Assembly (NCBI GenBank): GCA_043228905.1
Contig: JBHGNT010000002.1
Span: forward strand, 12,152,001 to 12,216,000
Source of the DNA: Azolla caroliniana
Lineage: Eukaryota; Plantae; Polypodiophyta
Direction: 5' to 3'
Length of the DNA: 64,000 bases
Below, in pieces: positions 24,753 to 37,311 of the stretch. Position numbers and translations under genes: made by a program. A model generated the notes under the pieces. That model had not been told where the DNA came from, ran no database searches, and saw only the letters and a list, made by a program, of their open reading frames with translations. The stretch's first letter is position 1. Each line of letters starts with the position of its first letter.

Positions 24753-26056
24753 TCACTCATCACATGAAAAGTGTAGCGTGCGGAAGCTTATAGATGAAAC
24801 CGGCTTCACTAGATAGTAACAGAGAGTAAGCACAACTTCAATGGAAGCTTTAGAATAGAGAATACACAAAGAGACAAAGAGAGCATAATGCATAAAATCA
24901 ATTAAAAAATAATAACATTATGTACATACAAATGTCTTACAAAACACTTTTTATACAAGTCCTTAAAAGGACTGACAGAAATACTGACAAGTCCTTCAAT
25001 GCTCATATGAACTACTAACACTAACTCCAAGGAATATATCTACATATTACGCTAAGATTGGAGCCCTCTAACGGCGTATCAGTTACAATCCGATATGGCT
25101 CTCCGATCCGTCTCTTGGTTCCGGCTCTGGCTTATTCAACCGATGCAGATCCGGTTGAGCTTGTCTACTCAACAATCCCTCTCAAGCTCAACTTGAGGTC
25201 GGATCGCTGAGTTAGTGTTTGTCAAACCTTGTATCCAGCTTCTCCTTGCGTGTTCCCGCCTTCCTTGCGCTCCTCGATCCGTCTGATTCCGCTTTCCACA
25301 ACCCGTCCAATCTTGGGCACCTCGACCTTCTCGGTCGGCTTGTCTGCTCATAAGGCCCATCTCAGCTCCTTCACTGTTGTGACTCCGGCGCTTCTCAACC
25401 CGTTGGTTCCTCTGTGTCGGTGCCGACTTCTGTTGCGTCCTCGTCCATTTGGCTTACAGTTGATCCGGTTCCTCCAAATCAAACACCTCTTCCGAATTGG
25501 GTACCTCCGATTCGTTCCAACTCTTGTGTGAAATGGTTGTCTCCAATTCGTCCTCAATCTTCATGCCCTTCACAACATCAAAACACATCCGGGTCTTGGA
25601 TTTCTCCTTCCGGTCGACTCTGTCCTTCATAACTTTGTTGTCGTCGACGGTTGTTCCAACTTGTTTGGATGTGCCGACTTCTTTAGTCGACTCGACTCCC
25701 TTTTTCTTCTTGTCTCCCTCTCTTTCGGTTTCCTTCTCTCCGGCTCTGTGTCTGGTGCCATTGCCCGCCTTTCCAGTTTCTGTTTTGGTTCTCCTCGTAC
25801 CACTACCGGTTCTCCCCCTCAAGTGCGGTATGTCGAGATGCTGAAGACCAAGCATCTCTGAGAAATGCTGCAACTTGTCGGTTCCGCGTGCCTTGGTGAA
25901 GATGTTGGCAACCTGCCAATCCGTTCGGACATACTCGGGTTGGACTTCACCGCTTAGGACCTGCTCGCGTACAAAGTGGTAGTGCAATTTTATGTGCTTT
26001 GTCCGAGCATGGAACACGGGGTTCTTGGCGAGTAAGGTATGGGTTATGAGTAAGAT

Positions 26057-26298
26057 ATGGCTTCCGTAAGGAAATTATGGTTTACTTGAGAGATAGCTTC
26101 CTTCCCGTATGGAGAAATTGGAATTATTAGTGATCAATGGCTTCCGTAAGGAAATTAGGGTTTACTTGAGAGATAGCTTCCTTCTCGTATGGAGAAATTG
26201 GAATTATGAGTGATCGATGGCTTCCGTAAGGAAATTAGGGTTTACTTGAGAGATAGCTTCCTTCCCGTATGGAGAAATTGGAATTATGAGTGATCGAT
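26057..26298. repeat. 80-bp tandem repeat x3
   Basis: Units start at 26057, 26137 and 26217 (ATGGCTTCCGTAAGGAAATTAGGG...). Confidence 0.92.
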
Positions 26299-26589
26299 CC
26301 CCTTCCAAGAATTCATATCCTTCCTTTTGTCTCTTCCCCATACACTTGCTTGAAGGAACTTCAATTTGCATCTCTCATTCCTTTGCATACTTTCCCCATG
26401 GCGTTTTTTACTTTTTGCATGATCTCTCCACTTTTTCTTTTCTTGCCTTCCATATGATCTATACTTTATGCATGCCCTCCAAATTTAGTTGCATGCGTCC
26501 ACATGGCCTCTACTTTAGTCTCTTTTACTTTTCTTTAATTAGCCACATGATCCTTTCATTCGTCTATCTCGATCGCCGGTTCCATCTAG

Positions 26590-26880
26590 TCGCCGATTTC
26601 CAGTTTGCTTTCCAGCCGGTTCCGGTTTTGCTTACCGGCCGGTTTTAGTTTTGCTTTCTGGTTTTGCTTACCGACCGATTCTGGTTTTGCTTACCGGCCG
26701 ATTCCGGTTTTGCTTTACGGCCGGTTCCGGTTTTGCTTACCGGCTGATTTCCAATTTTGCTTTCCGGCCAGTTCTAGTTTTGCTTATTGGCCGATTTTCG
26801 ATTTTGCTTTCCAGTCGGTTTCTGATTTTGCTCACCAACCGGTTCCGGTTTTGCTTACCGGCCTGTTCCCGATTTTGGGG
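26590..26880. repeat. About 21-bp minisatellite (CCGGTTCCGGTTTTGCTTA..) of roughly 13 units
   Basis: Visible degenerate array. Confidence 0.85.
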
Positions 26881-28741
26881 AACTTGGCCACCATCATCCA
26901 TCAAGACAAAGTGGCCAAAGTGTTCTTAGCACACAATTGAAAAATGAGGGATCTCAAGGTGCTTATATAGCTAGAGCCTTAAGTTTCCTATCTATGTGGG
27001 ATAAATCATAGTTCTATTTTCCCTATCTTCTCAAATATCCATCTTTCTATAACATGCCATTAAGCTAATATAAAGTACTTATTTTATTATTTATTTATTT
27101 ACATAGTGTGAGAAGATTCACACGACACTGGCCCAATCGGCATATGTAGATCCGATTAGCTTCTCAGTTATACCATGTCAGTATGACAGTCCCCGGTCCT
27201 TAGTGCTGCTAACATACCTCAATATTCAATGCACGCATTGAAAATGCTCCACAGTTGGCTTCTGCATGAATTGATTGATCATCCTGACCAGATAGTTGAT
27301 ATCGGGTTGGGTGATTGTTAAATATATAAGGCTTCAGACAATTTTTCGGAACCGTCTCTCATTGCAGGCCGGTCTAGGGGCAAAACGTAGCTTGAGGTTC
27401 TGGTCTAGAGGTGTCGAGATCGGTCGGCAATTCGTCATGCCCACTACTTAACTTGTACAACATATTCAACACATAATGTTGTTGAGATAACAATATGTTG
27501 TCGAAGGTATGGATCACTTCGATCTCGAGGAAGTAATGAAGGTCCCCCAAGTCCTTCATTTCGAAGGCATCCGACAGTTGGGACTTCACTTGGCTGATTT
27601 CAGCGAGTCCGGGTTCAATGATGACTAGATCATCCACATATAGCATGATACATATCGGACCATCCGAACGTTTCCGGATGAATAGTGAAGATTCCGACTT
27701 CGAGGCTACAAACCTCATTCTACGCAACTGGTGCGTGATCTTCGAATTCCAGGCACGGGGAGCTTGCTTAAGGACGTAAGAGACTTATTGAGTTAACACA
27801 CTGCCGAATTGTTCTTCAAGGTTGCCTTGAAGAAATGCATTCTTCACGTCCATTTGGTGAAGATGCCACCCCCTTTCTGCAACAACCGCCATCACCATTT
27901 GAAACGTCGTCGTCTTTGCTACCAGAGCAAAGGTCTCGTGGGTTTGTGCATATCCTTTGGCCACTAACTGGGCCTTGTACCGGTTGACCGAACCGTCAAC
28001 AATATACTTTACCTTGTACACCCACTTGCAACCGATCAGGTTTGCAATGTCGGGGAGGGTCAATCAGGTCCCATGTGTCGTTGGCATCGAGTGCCCACAT
28101 CTCTTCCTCCATAGATTATGCATCCTTTGCGGCTTCTGCGTAGCTCTCCGGTGTCGTGAAGAAAACCGGCCATAGGCGGAATCAGACGAAAAGGCGCATG
28201 AACCGGCTCTTACACGGATGGACACGTGAATTGATATTTTGATATTGATTCATAAATGGATCGGCTGATGTGAATACTAAGTAGTACACATTTATTAGGG
28301 AATTGTGCATATCTCTGTCAGGAGGGGATAGGGAATAAAGCAATTTGACTAGGGGAAAGGGGGCACCCCCTTTTGGGAACTATTTAAGGAGAGGTAAGAA
28401 GGAGAGGTGGGGGATCGCGCGTTAGGGAGGACGAAGTGCTGCGGCAGAACCGAGTGTCGAGCTCTCTCCTCCAACGGTCATTCTCTGTGGGTACTGGGAG
28501 TCCGACGCCTCTGCTTCGTGGGTAGCCCGTGCGTTTCCAGTAGAGGCTCCCCCCTCTATGTTTTTTGGGTTTAGTGTGTTCCGCCTGTGTGCGTGAGTAG
28601 GGTCCCCGTGTCGGGTCCATCGCCGCCTTGCCGGTTGTAACCTTCAGAGTTTACAATCTCTGAATATTGTAATCTACTGTTACTGTAATTAAGGGTGCCG
28701 TTTGTTTCCCTTTTCCCTCTTTCTGTTGCGCGTCTGCAAGA

Positions 28742-28778
<37 letters not shown>

Positions 28779-28850
28779 CTCGCTCCTCGGTTCAAGGCCC
28801 TTGTGGTCCCGCCTCTTTCTACACGCACGCGCATAACAATGCAACATATT

Positions 28851-28867
28851 TGGTGAACCCGACGTGA
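28851..28867 (+). promoter_or_regulatory. Primer-binding site complementary to the tRNA-Trp 3' end
   Basis: TGGTGAACCCGACGTGA is the reverse complement of TCACGTCGGGTTCACCA, the plant cytosolic tRNA-Trp end as I recall it. Confidence 0.8.
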
Positions 28868-28891
28868 ACATGGCGGCAAAGGAGTCGAAAG

Positions 28892-31030
28892 ATGAGGGGA
28901 TCAGAGCTAGCAGAGGCAATGGCGGTAGCCGTCGACCGGCTGGTAAGCGCTCGTGAGGGGACGAGTACCCTTGATAGGGCCATCGAATTGATCATCGGCA
29001 CTATAGGCCGGTTCGGAGGGAAAGACGCCACAAGTTATTTGGAGGCTTATCGGGCCGAAATGATCATGAGGGATATCCCGGTGGACAAGCGACTGTCTGG
29101 ATTCCCTCGGGTGGTGACGCCAAGCATCCACGCGGAGGTGCTCGAGGTGCTGGCCGGATGCCAGACTTGGGAGGAGTTCGAGCTGCGGCTCCTCGAGAAG
29201 TATGGGTTTGATGACTCGCTTCGGCTGTCAACGCGGGACTTCATGGCGTGGGTCGAAAGCCCCAGAAAAGGGAGGAACACGTCGGCGCTCCTCCAGGTGT
29301 TCAAAAAACAGTTCGCGCAGCTGTCGATGCTGGACCGGACCGTGCTCGAAACGAGTCGAGTACTACTGTTTGTTAAGTCGGTGGATGCGCTCGATAGGGA
29401 AAAGGTGGGTCCCCTATTGGAAACGGACGAAGGGCTCACGACAAACTGGGCCGTGGTAAAACGGGTCTGCAACCGTTTCGACAAACGGTGCGATTGGAGC
29501 GACGAAAGTTCGTCGGGGTCAGGACCGGTCCCGGGGAGGAGGCTTGAGGAGCCGGTATCGGTGCCGGCCAGTAGGAAGGAAGAAACCCGGATCTGGCCAG
29601 AGTCGGGGTTAGCATCGAAGGACGTGGTCAGAGGCCCATCCAGAGGAGCGGCTCTGGAGGAGCTGACACAGATGGTGCGCGACCTGCAGATCGCATAGGC
29701 CCGGAGAGATAGCGGCGAACAACCTCGCGACCGGAGGCCGCCGGCTGGGCAGCGGTGCATGTGGTGTGACACGATCGGTCACATTCGGAAGGATTGCGCG
29801 GATTTTGTTGACATGCTCAGGACCAACGTGGTGTACCTCTGGAACAGACGGGTGCACGCGAGTGAGACCCGGAGAGCCCTAGAACTAAATACGGGGCACG
29901 ATAGAATGAAGAGGTTGATGGAAGAGGCCGTGGCATGGCACGTTGAAGCCGTTAACTACTCTGTGTCGGCGGGAATTCGGGTCGGGGGTGATGCGACCCG
30001 GAAGGCGAAGGACTCCAGATTCTGGCCGCTAGTGCTAGAAGGCCTCTCCTGAGTTCGGCTGAAGAAGGAAGAGGTGGACCGCGTAGAACAACGGGTCCAG
30101 GAGGTCACCGGTTGGGACGATCCGGTCGAAGAGAAAACAGGCTTCGTAGAAGCCGCTTGTCAGAACTACGAGGTTCTGGTGGAAGACAAACGGGCAGGGA
30201 AGGCCGGAGGGGTCGGTCCCCCGCAGAGGTATGAGACCCGGTTCGGACCGAAACCGATCGGTGCCGACAACCCAAGCGCGTCGGACGGAAAGAAGCAGGC
30301 GGGGTTTTGGTTGAGCACCGAAATTGAAAGGACCACAAACCTGTGAAAGGTCCTGGAGGAACGTATCCTCGACAACAAAGTGGAGTTGTCGCTGAGGGAA
30401 GTGCTCGGGATCGCCAAGAAGGAGTTCCACGACTCCATCGTAGACTTGGTGAAGAGGAAAAGGCTGTCGACGGAGCCGGAAACGGAGAAGCCGGTGGAGG
30501 TGCGGACCACGCACTTGGAAGTCGTGGCCCTAGAAGACGAGTTGGCGGAAAGCCACTACACGAAGCCGCGTTGGGCCAGGGCAACTACAGAAACCCTTGT
30601 ACGGATCGGCAACGTTCTGGAACCGGTGGTGGCCTTGGTAGACCATGGATCCGAAATCAACCTGATGTCCATGGATTTCTACAAGAGTGGTAAATGGCCG
30701 ATCAACACCAAGCATGGCTGGAAAATACGGGCAACGACGCGCGCCACGGGAAGAACTACATGAAGCCTGTCTGAACGTATGGGTGAAAATCGGCAATGTC
30801 GAGATCGACCAACACTTCTTCGTGCAGGAGACGTCCTCGCATCCGGTTATACTAGGAGAGCCATACATCACGGCGGCATGGATGGAGACCAAGGTGCTGG
30901 ACAACGGTTCAGCCTATGCAAGAGTCAAGAGCCAGGACGAGCGTCACTCGGTCCAATTCTGGACGGTGCGACCAAACCATGAGCATAACCGCGAGGCCCT
31001 CGGCGGCTATCAAGGCGTGGGGATTTTTAG
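28892..31030 (+). pseudogene. Gag-zinc knuckle-protease ORF (interrupted)
   Basis: ORFs 28892, 29759, 30074, 30380 and 30687 are consecutive fragments; CMWCDTIGHIRKDC. Confidence 0.85.
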
Positions 31031-34000
31031 AGAGGGCTATCAAGGCGTGGGGCCACGATGGTCCGGACACCCGGGAAAAACCCCACAAATGTACAGTACG
31101 AAAGAAGACCTGTACCATAGGTAGAAAATTTTGGTTCTCCGACAACGAAGGTTGTACTATGGCCGGCGTCAACGGCCGGGAAAGGAAGCGAGCGGAGGAG
31201 CGGCTCAGGGGATGCAGAGTCCTCTTTCCTGACGAAGACATCAGCGGCACCGTGAAGGCGGTCTCTTTTGACAACACCTTGGGCGAGTTGCGAAAGGTGA
31301 TCGGTGAAGACCTTAGAGAAGACCGGACCGTTCCGGTAGGTTCGATGGGAATGTACGAAGTCATCGCGGACTTTGGGGAAAGGATCGGGTCGGATCGGAC
31401 GGCCCGTGTAGATACAAAGTACGAGACTGTGGACCGGAAGGTGAGGCCAGTCGCGGCACCCTTGCCGGAGGGCAGCGAGGAGCGGATAAAAGGGGTCACG
31501 TCGGACCCGAGTTTACGGAATCCGGCTGGCATAGGGCACCGGTTCACCGACATAACTGTACGGGAGCTCAAGGTTGGTGGGGGTGGCTTTCTACTGCCGG
31601 CGGAGGAGAACAGGTTTTGGAGAATGCTGGGAAGGTATGGGAAAGCCTTCGCGTTCTCGCCGGAGGAGATTGGGTGCGTGGACCCGACGATCGTTGAACC
31701 GATGGTGATCTTCATGGTACCGCATGTACCGTGGAATCTCAAACCGATTCCGGTGCCGAGAGCTCACATCTTGAAGTTGATGGGACTTCTGAAGCAAAAG
31801 GTGGAGATGGGCATCCTCGAACCGTCGAGTGCCCCGTATTCGAATCGGTGGTTTACGGTGCCGAAGAAGAACGGCACATTGCGCTTCATTCAGGACCTGC
31901 AACCGGTCAACAAAGTGACCATCCGTAACGCAGGAATCGGACCAACCATAGACGAGTTCACGGAGGCCCTCGCTGGACGGTCGATCTATTCGGTCGGCGA
32001 CTTATACTCGGGGTACGACTAGTTCCAGCTAGCCATGGAAAGCAGGGATATCATGACGATGCGAACTCCTCTCGGTCTGGTACGAATGTGTACCCTACCA
32101 CAAGGCCGGACAAATTCGGTGGCGCATATGGTGAACGCAATGAACAAGGTGCTAAGGGACTGCATCCCGGACATCACCCATGCCATTCTTGGATGACATC
32201 CCGATAAAGGGGTGTTCGGTGGATGACGCGGACGAGATCGTCGGGCCAGACGGATGCCGGAGGTTCGTCGTGAACCACATCAATGACTGCGAGAAGGTGC
32301 TGCAGAGGCTTGAAAACGCACGACTCACCTTCTTCGGAGAAAAATCGGCGTTCGGACAGTCGGAGATCTTGGTGGTCGGACACCTGTGCGGGCCCTATGG
32401 TAGGAAACCATCTCCGGCAAAGGTAGAGGCCATCTCCGCAATGAGGGACGATTGCGGGTCGGTCACGAAGGTCCACAGATTCTTGGGGGTATGCGCGTTC
32501 TACCACATCTGGATTCCGCACTACGCGCATGTTGCGGAGCCTCTCTATGGGATATTGAAGAAAGGGCGTGGGTTCGAGTGGAGGACGGAGCACACGGAGT
32601 TGGTCCGGAGACTAAAGGAGGCGCTTACGGTAGCGTGGGCCCTCCGTAAAGTGGTTTACGGCAAGGGTGTCCCCATTTGCGTGACGGTGGACACGAGCCC
32701 GACCGGGATCGGGTGGGTAATCAGTCAGGAGGACAAGGACGGCATACGATTCCCGATCCGGTTCGGGGCGAAGGTATTGAGCGAGCGGTAGCGAGGATAC
32801 GCCCAAGTTAAGCGTGAGCTTTGGGGTATCGTTTCGGTTGTCAAGGCCGACAAGGACTATCTGATCGGGACGGAGGTGATCATCGAGGCGGACTGCCTAC
32901 CGATACTCGGCATGGTTTCCGGATGCGCGACGCCGGACCTAGCAATGCTCCGGTGGATAGCGTACCTTAAGTCCCTGAACCCGGAGATACAGCACATCTC
33001 CGGAAAGGACAACGCCATGGCCGACATGCTTTCGAGAGCGAGGTTCAACGACGAAGACGACATGGTTTCGGATGACGAAGAAGTCGGCGAGGACTTCTTC
33101 GGGTCGGCTAACGTAATGACGAGGAAAAGGGACACTCCGGCACTCAACGAATTTGACGAAAGCAGGTACGATGGGGAGTGGCTCCAAATCGGGAGGTTCC
33201 TACGGACGATGACGACGGATGCAACATGGACGAGAGAAGAGGCGAGCCGGGTACCAAAAAAGGCGTATCGATTCTTCCTGCGGGACGAGCGCATATGGAG
33301 GCACCCAAAGAAGAGAAACGGCATCCCGCTCTGAGTAGTGGCAAAGAAAGAAGAACAGGAGGAACTACTAGCGGCATTTCACGAGAGTTCCTGGGCCGGG
33401 CACTTCGGAATGTGGGCCACGTTCGAGAAGCTGAAGGAGAAGTACTGGTGGCCGGGGCTGTACTAGGACATGCATCGGTTTGTAATGACTTGTGAAAGCT
33501 GTCAGATGCACTCCATAGTCTGACATCGGGACGAGCTACACCTGACTTACCTGCCTGCGGTCCATTTCAAGTGGATGGTGGACTTGGTGATGATGTCGAT
33601 GGGGGTAGGACAGATGCGATACCTGGTGCTTGCGCAGGAAGACTTAACGAACCAGGTGGAAGGCCGTGCACTACAGAACAAGACAACCGCGGCGGTACGC
33701 CGGTTCCTGATTGAAGAGGTAGTGTGTCGGTACGGGTGCGTCGGGAGGATTGTGGCGGACCGGGGAGAGCTGGATACGCGAGAAGCTGAGGAGCTGTTCG
33801 ACCGGCTGGGCGTCAAACTCTCTCTCACTACGGCATACAATCCGGAGGCGAACGGGAAGGTAGAATGTGGGCACAGGCCGATCGTAAAGGCGTTGGTGTG
33901 TGCATGCGGAGGGCAAGTCGGGAATTGGCCGCGACTCCTTCCTTACGCACTATGGGCAGACCGAACTACGCACAGTTCGGTGACAGGGTTTATGCCGGCA

Positions 34001-34560
34001 GAGCTGATGTACGGACAAAAGCTGATCATGCTGGTGGAACGGACGATTTCTTCATGGGCGGCGGTAGATTGGAAGGACGAGATGAGCCGGGAGGAGTTGC
34101 TGGTGGCGCGGATTCGGCAACTCGAGCAGAGGCCGGAAGACATAAAAAGGGCAAAGGAAAAGCTGCGGGCGACAAGGGAGCGGAAAAGGACCCGGTTCAA
34201 CCGGACACACTGGTTGCGACCGAAGAAGATCGAGGAAGGCGACTGGGTCTTGGTGTACGAAAACAGCCTCGACAATCAACACAAGGCGGTGCGAAAGTTT
34301 GCTAGGAGGTGGTTCAGGCCCTACTCGGTGACGAGTGCGAACGACAACGGCACGTACCACCTCGCGGAACTCGACGGGACACGGCTAGCAGTGCCGATTG
34401 CCGGGAAGTGGATCAAAGCGTTCAAGAAGCGGTTCGAAGACGAGCCAGAGCCTGCGAGCGAGAGCGACAACGAGTGGTTGGGCCCGGCAGAGAATCGGAG
34501 AGCGACGAATGAAGCCGGTTTTCTTCGGTATCTACCCGTCTCTGGCGCATGCCGGTGGAT
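31021..34560 (+). pseudogene. Pol (RT-RNaseH-integrase), interrupted, in the -1 frame
   Basis: ORFs 30916, 32180, 32876 and 33575. Confidence 0.88.
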
Positions 34561-35969
34561 GCGCGGTTTGGTGGGGGTGGATGTCGTGAAGAAAACCGGC
34601 CATAGGCGGAATCAGACGAAAAGGTGCTTGAATCGGCTCTTGCACGGATGGACGCGTGAATTGATATTTTGATATTGATTCATAAATGGATCAACTGATG
34701 TGAATACTAAGTAGTACACATTTATTAGGGGATTGTGCGTATCTCTGTTTGAAGGGGACAGGGAATAAAGTGATTTGACTAGGGGAAAGAGGGCACCCCC
34801 TTTTGGGAACTATTTAAGGAGAGGTAAGAAGGAGAGGTGGGGGATCGCGCGTTGGCGAGGACAAAGTGCTGCTGTAGAACTGAGTGCTGAGCTCTCTCCT
34901 CCGACGGTCATTCTCTGTGGGTGTTGGGAGTCTGACGCCTCTGCTTCGTGGGTAGCCCGTGCGTTGCGAGCAGAGGCTCCCCCCTCTATGTTTTCTGGGT
35001 CCAGTGTGTTCCGCCTGTGTGCGTGAGTAGGGTCCCCGTGTCAGGTCCATCGCCGCCTTGCCAGTTGTAACCTTCAGAGTTTGCAATCTCTGAATATTGT
35101 AATCTACCGTTACTGTAATTAAGTGTGCCGTTTGTTTCCCTTTTCCCTCTTTCTGTTGCGCGTCTGCAAGAATTCTCTCTCTCTCTCTCTCTCTCGCTCC
35201 TCGGTTCAAGGCCCCCGTGGTCCCGCCTCTTTCTACACGCATGCGCGTAACAACGCGACACCGGCTCATGCACTTCCGCCACTTTCATCATGTACACATA
35301 GTGGTGCGCCATGTACTCATTATACCCATACTGCTTTACGGGATTCTTCTAGCAGGTCGATCGACGTAACTTCTCATGAGCCAATTTCAAGGCCCTCTTG
35401 GCTGGCTCGAACTTCGTTCTCGAAGGTCTATCTTTGTTCTTTCCGAAGTCGGTCTTGCTCCGATCCGACTCTTCTCTATCGGTGTCATAGTCCAACATCT
35501 TCTTCTTGCCTTTGTCTTTGCCTGTGAACCGTCTCCTCGGTTCCTTACGCGGGGAGAGCACGACCGAGTCTTCGCTGCTCGCCGGTTCTTCATCTTGCTG
35601 GTCTTTCCGACTCAGCTCTTCATTTGGCCCACTCAGCTGAAATGAAATCAGACTCTCATTTGGAGTACCGAGTCCTTCTTCATGTTCTACCCCGATCGTT
35701 TCGGGCTCACTGGGCTCATCTTCCGAAATCGGGTCGGAGTCAGTAGAGAATACCAGTATGTCGACTCGTCAAATTCAACATCTTGGCTTACTCATACTTG
35801 CTTAGTTCAGGGGTTATAGCACTTGTACCCTTCTGGTCATGAGAGTACCCGACAAAAATGCACTTCTCTGACTTTGGGTCTAGCTTTCTCGCATCTCATC
35901 CGGTACATGCATATAGGCAATGTTACCGAATATCCTAAGGTGCCTTAGATTCGGCTTCCGTCCGAATCG

Positions 35970-35998
35970 TAAATCCTAAATCCTAAATCCTAAACCCC
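35970..35998. repeat. Telomere-like filler (TTTAGGA)3 with TTTAG/GGGG context
   Basis: TAAATCCTAAATCCTAAATCCTAAACCCC inside copia integrase. Confidence 0.7.
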
Positions 35999-37311
35999 GA
36001 TCCGGGTTTGGATGTAAATGGCCGCCCGGACTACTTCGGCCCAATAGAACTTGGGCATGCTCTTCTCTTCCTGCATCGCCTATGCCGCCTCCAAAATCGA
36101 CCGGGTTTTCCTTTCGGCCACAACGTTTTGTTCCGGTGTGTATTGGCAGTTGAATGCTCTCCGAATTCCTTTCTGCTTCAGATAACTATTGAATTGGCCA
36201 GAAAAATATTCTTTTCTGCCATCTGACCGTAGACACTTGATCTTCCTCTCCGTTTCCCTTTCAACAAGACTTTGTAAGTTCCAGAAACAATCGAAGAATT
36301 CACTTTTCTTCTCGATGAGGTAGATCCATGTGTGTTGGCTATAGTCGTTGATGAAGGAGACGAAATATCGGCTCCTACCAAGACTAACGTTTTGTGCAGG
36401 CCCCCATACATCCAAATGTATTAGATCGAGCTTGTTACAGCTCTGGTTTCTTTCGGTGGGGAAGGGAAGTCGGTGTTGCTTCCCGATTTGGCAGGCTTCA
36501 TAAATTTGGGCCTTCCGGCCACTAAATTTCAGCAATATGAAAACAACTTGTTTCGATTGCAGGTCCTGAAGCCTCCGATGGTTGACGTGGCCGATCTGCT
36601 TGTGCTAGAGATCGATGTCTGATTCAATCTTCTGTCCTTTTGCGAACATAGCGGTGCCGACGTCATTGGTGTTAAGGATGAACATCCTCCCGTCCCTGTG
36701 CCCTTGTGCAATTATTTGGCCTTCTTCCTCTATGAAGCACTCGAGGAGCGTGAACCACACTTGCAAACCCTGGTCAATGATCTACCCGACCGACACCAGG
36801 TTCTTTGTGATTGTCGGAACATGTAGTACATTCATCAGCTTTCTGTTCTGTCCGACATGGCTTAAAGGGACTTCTCCGACACGCACGACGTCTCTGGTTT
36901 CGACAACTCCTGGTTGCTCCGGCTTTTCTAGAAACAAGAACCACTCTTCGTGTCTCATCATGTGGTTAGATGCTCTGGAGTCAACGTACCATACTTATCC
37001 GATCCAGAAGTGGTTTTCTTCATTGAGTTCGCCTTGTGCTTCATCACAAAGGCTGGCTCTTTTCTGGTCTTTCCAGTTTCAGATTCTTCTGTTCCTTATA
37101 TGTAGTGCGAGCTTTGCCGGTTCCTTTGTCTGGCCTTGCCGGATCCGGATTTGTCCGAATCAACACGCTTCTTCTAGCACTCGTTCTCCCGGTGGCCTTT
37201 CTCGCCACAATACCAACATTCCAGCTAGGCCTTCCCTTGCCGGTTCCCAGCGCCACTTTGACTTCCCCTGCTTGTGGAGGGTCCGGAACTGTTGTCGGCA
37301 TCATCTCTATG

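Larger units (their letters stand above)
26034..27127. mobile_element. Truncated LTR-like insert with internal tandem arrays
   Basis: Ends CACGACA followed by CTGG; interrupts copia RT/RNaseH; left terminus missing. Confidence 0.6.
28152..35260 (+). mobile_element. Full-length (decayed) Ty3/gypsy, Trp-PBS family; LTRs 28152-28846 and 34582-35260; TSD CCGG
   Basis: Paired LTRs TGTCGTGAAG...ACA; PBS 28851-28867; gag, PR (LVDHGSEIN), RT (PFLDDI), RNaseH (VDTS), integrase (ADRGE..PEANG); PPT GGTGGGGGTGGA; scattered TAG/TGA stops. Confidence 0.95.

Noticed and set aside
26057-26880. 80-bp and 21-bp arrays as CRISPR-like
   Set aside because: The units are contiguous with no unique spacers, there are no cas genes, and the context is eukaryotic.
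28152-35260. GC-rich block as bacterial contamination or antisense genes
   Set aside because: It is bounded by LTRs with a TSD; the long antisense ORFs are shadows of GC-rich gag-pol.
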